The notes below the pieces were generated by a model. The model was not told the DNA's origin. It made no database searches and was given only the letters and a program-made list of their open reading frames with translations. Shown here in pieces: positions 59,564 through 64,000 of a DNA stretch of 64,000 bases (positions are counted from its first letter, which is position 1; every line of letters starts with the position of its first letter). Origin of the DNA: an uncultured Bacilli bacterium (GTDB lineage Bacteria; Bacillota_I; Bacilli_A; RF39; UBA660); NCBI GenBank assembly GCA_947629405.1, contig CANRDL010000001.1, positions 7,502 through 71,501 on the forward strand. Direction: 5' to 3'. Made by a program: the position numbers and the translations under genes.

Positions 59564-62214
59564 TTTGAAATATTAACTTCAACACTTAAAGGTACATTGC
59601 CACATTCTTCTCCAGAATTATAAATAATTATTTGGGTACTTAATGATGTCTTTTTTGGATCAGGATAAGCATGTGGACAAGTTAATTTATTTCCTAAATT
59701 GTCGTAGAAAATTGGTGTTAAAGTAGTCACATCAAAACCTACTGGTAAACTTAATGTTTTAGTACTTGGATCATAGTGAGAAGAACTAAATGATAAACTA
59801 AAGGCAATACTTTCTTTAACAGATGTTACTTTAATTGTAGTAGTAACACCATTTACTGAGAAGGTATAAGTACCATTTTTAGTAGGCGTATAAGTTATAG
59901 ATGTCGATGTTGTTGTACCAACAGTTTGAGAAGAACCAGATGGATCAGTTACGGTAACTGTATAACCTGCAGCTGAACTTCCAGAAGTAATACCACCATA
60001 TTTTAAATATTCATTATAAAAACTATTAGCAAATTTTCCATAAAGTTTATTAAAATAATCTCTTGTTGATTTAACATCAGAAACTTCAGCAGAAGAAGAT
60101 GCTTCTGTCCATGATATAGTAATTTTACCATTACTCTCTGATGCTTTAACATCTTCAGGGATTAATGTTTCATCGGATGATTCATATTTTGTTACTTCAG
60201 TTGGTGCCGTACCTTTTTTAAACCATTCAGTACCAGATGTACCTTTTGATAGGGGAATAGAATTAAGAGCATATTGGGCTCTTTCAACGCTAGATGGGAT
60301 ATTAAATTTAGAACCAGTATTTAGGATTTGACTACCAATAATTTGGGCAATTTTTTTTCTAATATTACCACCTGAATTAATAGTTAAATATAATCCTTTT
60401 GAAACATCACTATAACCATACCAAATAGATGCTGAATAATCTTGTGAAAAAATATTAGCCCAGCTATCCATTACAGCAGATGAAGGTAATCCATATTTTT
60501 TACGAGCATTACTATCAATTGTAGATGTACCAGTTTTTCCGGCAAGTTCTGTTCCATTAGCATTTATTCTTCCATAAAGGTTTTTATCAGTAACGGCATA
60601 ATGTAATATATCAGTTAACAAGAATGCAGTTGAATCACTCATTGCTTGTTTTTTATTTATTTTAGTATCAACTTCTTTTTTAGTTTCACGATAGACAATC
60701 TTAGTATAAGAATAAGGCTCAATATAAGTACCACCTCTTGCTAAGGTTGCATAAGCTGCTGACATTTCCAGAGGAGATGAACCAGTATAACCACCAATAG
60801 CTGCTGATTCATATAAATTATCACCATAGTGTAAACCAACATTATGAACAAATTCCGCGATTTTATCTTTATCTACTTGTTGGAAAGCTTGAATAGCTGG
60901 AATGTTACGACTGGTTGATAGGGCAGTTCGCATATTCATCATTCCTCTAAAACCACCTTCAGCATTTTTTAAGCTTTGACCATTAGAATAAGCGTAAGGT
61001 AAATCGAAGAAGTAAGTAGCAGGAGATGCATCATTATATTCTATTAATGGACCATAAGCAAAGAATGGTTTAGCCGCAGAACCAGGCATTCGGGAAATCA
61101 TTGTCGCATAATTATATTGACGCTCACCAACACGATTTCTACCAGCGCCAATGGCAACAATTGAGCCATCTTTAACAGAAGTAATAGCAATTCCGTTTTG
61201 AACAACATCATTTGGGAATTTTACTAATTCACCATTCATTATAGAATTCATAACTTTTTGTTTATCAGTATCCATTGTAGAATATATTAACATCGGAACA
61301 TTGTATGGATTATTACCAGTTTTATCAATTATTTCTTCAACAACAGTATCAACAAATGCTTGATATTCATTGTTACTTTTAACTTCAGATTTCGGTAATA
61401 ATAAACTTTCAACTGAAACACTATTAGCTAATTTTTGTTGTTCTTTGGTAATGTATCCATGTTTATACATTAAGTTTAAAACCGTTGCTCTTCTTTTAGT
61501 GGCAGCCTCAGGATTAGAATAAGGATTATAAGCATTTGGTGCTTGAAACATTCCCGCTATAAGAGCTGCTTCTGATAAAGTTAAATCACTGATACTTTTT
61601 CCAAAATAAGTTTGACTGGCTTGTTCAACACCATAAGCACCGTTTCCTAAAAAAGGAGCATTTACATAAAATTCAATAATTTCTTCTTTAGTATAGTTAC
61701 TTTCAACTTTAAATACAGCCATATAAATATCTGTAAATTTTCTAATAATACCTTTAATTCCAGTAGATGTAGTAGAAGTAAAAGTATTTTTTACTACTTG
61801 CATTGTTAAAGTTGATGCCCCACCAGCTGAAGTATTACCAGAAATTTGACCAACGGCCGCTTTCATAAATCTGGCAATATCAAATCCGTTATGTTGATAA
61901 AATCTTGAATCTTCAGTAGCAATAATTGCATCTACTAATACATTAGGAAGATCTTCGTAATTAACTAGTTCTCTTTTTTCAGTTCCTAAACGAGCTATTT
62001 CATTGCCTTTAGATTCATAAATAATCGACATCTCTTTATTATATAGAGCATTCTTAGAAAATTTAGGGGCCGAAACAACTATATAAATTATAAATATTAT
62101 TCCTAATAAAAGGAAAAATATCATTATACTTATTAATATTATTAATAATATATGTTTCTTTTCTGATTTATTTTTTTGTTTTTTGGTCTTATTTTTTTTA
62201 GCCATTTTAAACAC
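59560..62214 (-). CDS. ponA: Class A penicillin-binding protein (bifunctional glycosyltransferase/transpeptidase, PBP1A-like) with a C-terminal Ser/Thr-rich Ig-like extension
   Basis: GT51 motif EDSRFYQHNGFD. Transpeptidase SAAK and KTGT motifs. Overlaps the recU stop, the conserved recU-ponA arrangement. Confidence 0.9.
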   Translation of the reverse strand: MFKMAKKNKTKKQKNKSEKKHILLIILISIMIFFLLLGIIFIIYIVVSAPKFSKNALYNKEMSIIYESKGNEIARLGTEKRELVNYEDLPNVLVDAIIATEDSRFYQHNGFDIARFMKAAVGQISGNTSAGGASTLTMQVVKNTFTSTTSTGIKGIIRKFTDIYMAVFKVESNYTKEEIIEFYVNAPFLGNGAYGVEQASQTYFGKSISDLTLSEAALIAGMFQAPNAYNPYSNPEAATKRRATVLNLMYKHGYITKEQQKLANSVSVESLLLPKSEVKSNNEYQAFVDTVVEEIIDKTGNNPYNVPMLIYSTMDTDKQKVMNSIMNGELVKFPNDVVQNGIAITSVKDGSIVAIGAGRNRVGERQYNYATMISRMPGSAAKPFFAYGPLIEYNDASPATYFFDLPYAYSNGQSLKNAEGGFRGMMNMRTALSTSRNIPAIQAFQQVDKDKIAEFVHNVGLHYGDNLYESAAIGGYTGSSPLEMSAAYATLARGGTYIEPYSYTKIVYRETKKEVDTKINKKQAMSDSTAFLLTDILHYAVTDKNLYGRINANGTELAGKTGTSTIDSNARKKYGLPSSAVMDSWANIFSQDYSASIWYGYSDVSKGLYLTINSGGNIRKKIAQIIGSQILNTGSKFNIPSSVERAQYALNSIPLSKGTSGTEWFKKGTAPTEVTKYESSDETLIPEDVKASESNGKITISWTEASSSAEVSDVKSTRDYFNKLYGKFANSFYNEYLKYGGITSGSSAAGYTVTVTDPSGSSQTVGTTTSTSITYTPTKNGTYTFSVNGVTTTIKVTSVKESIAFSLSFSSSHYDPSTKTLSLPVGFDVTTLTPIFYDNLGNKLTCPHAYPDPKKTSLSTQIIIYNSGEECGNVPLSVEVNISN

Positions 62215-62782
62215 TCTCCTTAAAATATACTTCCTTAACTATTTTTAAATAGTCTAGGGGAGGATTATATCCCTCATTTATTCTTTTACATTCTTTTTCT
62301 ATAAAATTAAATGGTATTGATTTTCGTTTATTTGACTCTATGAATGTTATTAATTTTTTACCATCTAATAAATAATAATTATAGTTCATTTTGATTATTA
62401 AAAAAGTTATCCCGCCATGATTTATAATTTTTTTCATATGTTCAATTTGATGGGGATGAACATTACTTAAGGGAAAAGAAGTTTTATTATTAGTAACTTT
62501 GGCATCAAAATCAATATATTTTCCTTTGTAAAGTCCATTATAATCTAAAGTAGATTTACTTTCAAAATAACCATCTTTAATTATTTGTTTATTATTGTGA
62601 TATAAAACTTTTGTTATTCCAATTGGCGTTGGTTTTTTATAAATAACAGCGATATCATTATCAAGATAATATTTATTACTATCATTTATTAATTTTTCCA
62701 AATCCATACCTCGATTTTTATGAGATATTTCCTTTTTATAGTCTTTTTTAATATTATTTGGATATAACACACATATCACCAA
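62207..62782 (-). CDS. recU: Holliday junction resolvase RecU
   Basis: RecU-type core (YDFDAK...; ITFLIIKMNYNYYLL), located upstream of and overlapping ponA. Confidence 0.8.
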   Translation of the reverse strand: MVICVLYPNNIKKDYKKEISHKNRGMDLEKLINDSNKYYLDNDIAVIYKKPTPIGITKVLYHNNKQIIKDGYFESKSTLDYNGLYKGKYIDFDAKVTNNKTSFPLSNVHPHQIEHMKKIINHGGITFLIIKMNYNYYLLDGKKLITFIESNKRKSIPFNFIEKECKRINEGYNPPLDYLKIVKEVYFKESV

Positions 62783-62917
62783 ATTAATTATATAATATAT
62801 TTTTAAAATTTAAAATATGTTTTTTTAATATTTTGTAAAAAAATTGAAAAGCTTTGTCGATACTAATGAAAGCAAATTTAATCTATGTTACATTGTAAGT
62901 AAGAAAAGAGGAAAAAA

Positions 62918-63025
62918 TGATAAGAATAGATTTTTTAATTTCTAAAATGATTGAAGATATTGAAATGTCATCAATAAAATTATCTACAGTAAATATAAAT
63001 AAAAAAATCAAAAAAAATAAATAGA
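62918..63025 (+). CDS. Possible 35-aa small ORF in the recU/yqfC intergenic region
   Basis: Strong RBS AAGAGGAAAAA-ATG. MIRIDFLISKMIEDIEMSSIKLSTVNINKKIKKNK. No homology assessable. Confidence 0.2.
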
Positions 63026-63061
63026 GTATTTTTATTTTTTTTAATGTCATATAATTATTAG

Positions 63062-63328
63062 GTGATTAATTTGAATGCATTTGAAAATTTAAAAACATTT
63101 TTATATGATCAAAAATATTTCATATCTATTTATAATAACAATATTCATGTAAATGCTTATCTTGATATAATTAATTTTACCAATGAATTAATTTCTTTAA
63201 AATTTGATGGGTTTTACCTAGAAATTCATGGAAAAAATTTAAAAATTGTCAATATGCAAGAAGGAGAGCTTGTTATTAATGGTAAATTTAATAACATAAA
63301 TTTTATAGATGAGAAACATAATAAATGA
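63062..63328 (+). CDS. yqfC: YqfC-family (sporulation-associated) small protein
   Basis: 88 aa, with the pattern ...IHGKNLKIVNMQEGELVINGKFNNINF typical of YqfC. Ends with TGA. Confidence 0.65.
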   Translation: MINLNAFENLKTFLYDQKYFISIYNNNIHVNAYLDIINFTNELISLKFDGFYLEIHGKNLKIVNMQEGELVINGKFNNINFIDEKHNK

Positions 63329-64000
63329 TACAAAACATGAAAAAATAAATATAATAGTTTATGAAAAAGATTATAATTACTTCATTAATTTTCTTATTAA
63401 AAATCATATTAATTACCAAAATTTAAAAATTAATGATAATAAAATAATTTTAACAATTTTAAAAGAAGATTTAAAAAAAATAAATAAATTATTTAAATGT
63501 GAAATTAAGTCATCTTTAGGCATTTATAAAATTAAAGATAGTATTTTAAAAAATAAAATTTTTTTACTTAGTATTATCGAAGGAATAATATTATTATTTA
63601 TATTATCTAATATTATTATTTCCATTAAAGTCTATTCTAGTGATAAAAATATTAGGAATTTAATTATAAATGAACTTGATAATTATGGAATAAAAAGATT
63701 AACATTTGATAAATCATATGAAGAAAAAGAAAAAATAAAAAAAGATATTCTAGAAAAACATGAAGATACCTTAGAGTGGTTAGAGTTTGAAAGAAAAGGT
63801 ATGAATTTAATAATTCATGTTGAAAAAAGAATTATCAAAAAAGAACAGAATAAAGATAATAAATATTGTAACATAGTTGCCACGAAAGACGGACTAATTA
63901 AAAATGTAAAAGCAGAAGTAGGAATGAAAGTAAAAGATATAAATGATTATGTAAAAAAGGGCGATATAATTATAAGTGGAGAAATAAAGAAAGATGAAGA
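63309..64000 (+). CDS. yqfD: YqfD-family (stage IV sporulation-like) protein, 3'-partial; runs off the window end
   Basis: ATG 63309 overlaps the yqfC end. N-terminal soluble segment, TM (IFLLSIIEGIILLFILSNIIISI), then LEWLEFERKGMNLIIHVEKR...KGDIIISGEI, which is YqfD-like. Confidence 0.6.
   Translation, partial: MRNIINDTKHEKINIIVYEKDYNYFINFLIKNHINYQNLKINDNKIILTILKEDLKKINKLFKCEIKSSLGIYKIKDSILKNKIFLLSIIEGIILLFILSNIIISIKVYSSDKNIRNLIINELDNYGIKRLTFDKSYEEKEKIKKDILEKHEDTLEWLEFERKGMNLIIHVEKRIIKKEQNKDNKYCNIVATKDGLIKNVKAEVGMKVKDINDYVKKGDIIISGEIKKDE

Noticed and set aside
1-64000. Possibility of genetic code 4 (TGA=Trp), given the Mollicutes-like AT content
   Set aside because: TGA terminates yqfC (63326-63328). 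Long conserved genes such as polA, pheT and ponA end at stops without needing TGA read-through, and no conserved Trp positions fall on TGA. The standard code fits.

Overview
This 64-kb window is an extremely AT-rich chromosomal segment, roughly a quarter G+C by eye. It uses the standard genetic code: TGA terminates long ORFs such as yqfC, and TAA is the dominant stop. It comes from a cell-walled low-GC Firmicutes-type bacterium, judging by the gene set: a type VII secretion ATPase EssC, dnaB/dnaI, yqfC/yqfD, comEA/comEC, recU-ponA and T-box leaders. The gene content, which is mostly housekeeping, runs in this order: the 3' end of the T7SS ATPase EssC, polA, mutM, pepT, a lemA-DUF2207 pair, gpmI, dnaB-like/dnaI, a T-box-regulated thrS, a cysteine desulfurase, typA, priA, fmt, a T-box-regulated pheST, a rearranged division/cell-wall block (pbp2B-mraY-ftsW on the minus strand, murG-ftsQ on the plus strand), queH, comEA-comEC, and recU-ponA. 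I found no rRNA, tRNA, CRISPR array, transposase or integrase. Five things stand out. (1) A 1083-aa ORF encodes a complete RpoD-like sigma-70 fused to seven tandem helicase-associated (HA)-type repeats and a second C-terminal region-4-like HTH; it lies co-directionally just downstream of ftsW, and the repeats are also obvious as ~258-nt direct repeats in the DNA. (2) A ~1.1-kb unit is duplicated in tandem, each copy carrying an HExxH-motif protein gene plus its leader. (3) A Thr T-box leader drives a 160-aa unknown ORF that is translationally coupled to a thrS lacking the N-terminal TGS domain. (4) A ~5.6-kb cluster of seven or eight uncharacterised genes (including a Cys-rich protein, a tail-anchored 567-aa protein and a small HAD-like phosphatase) sits between a LysR regulator and recU-ponA. 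(5) A P-loop kinase is paired with a membrane gluzincin-like HEFFH protein. Non-ATG starts (TTG/GTG) appear frequent, and comEA seems to lack any canonical start codon.
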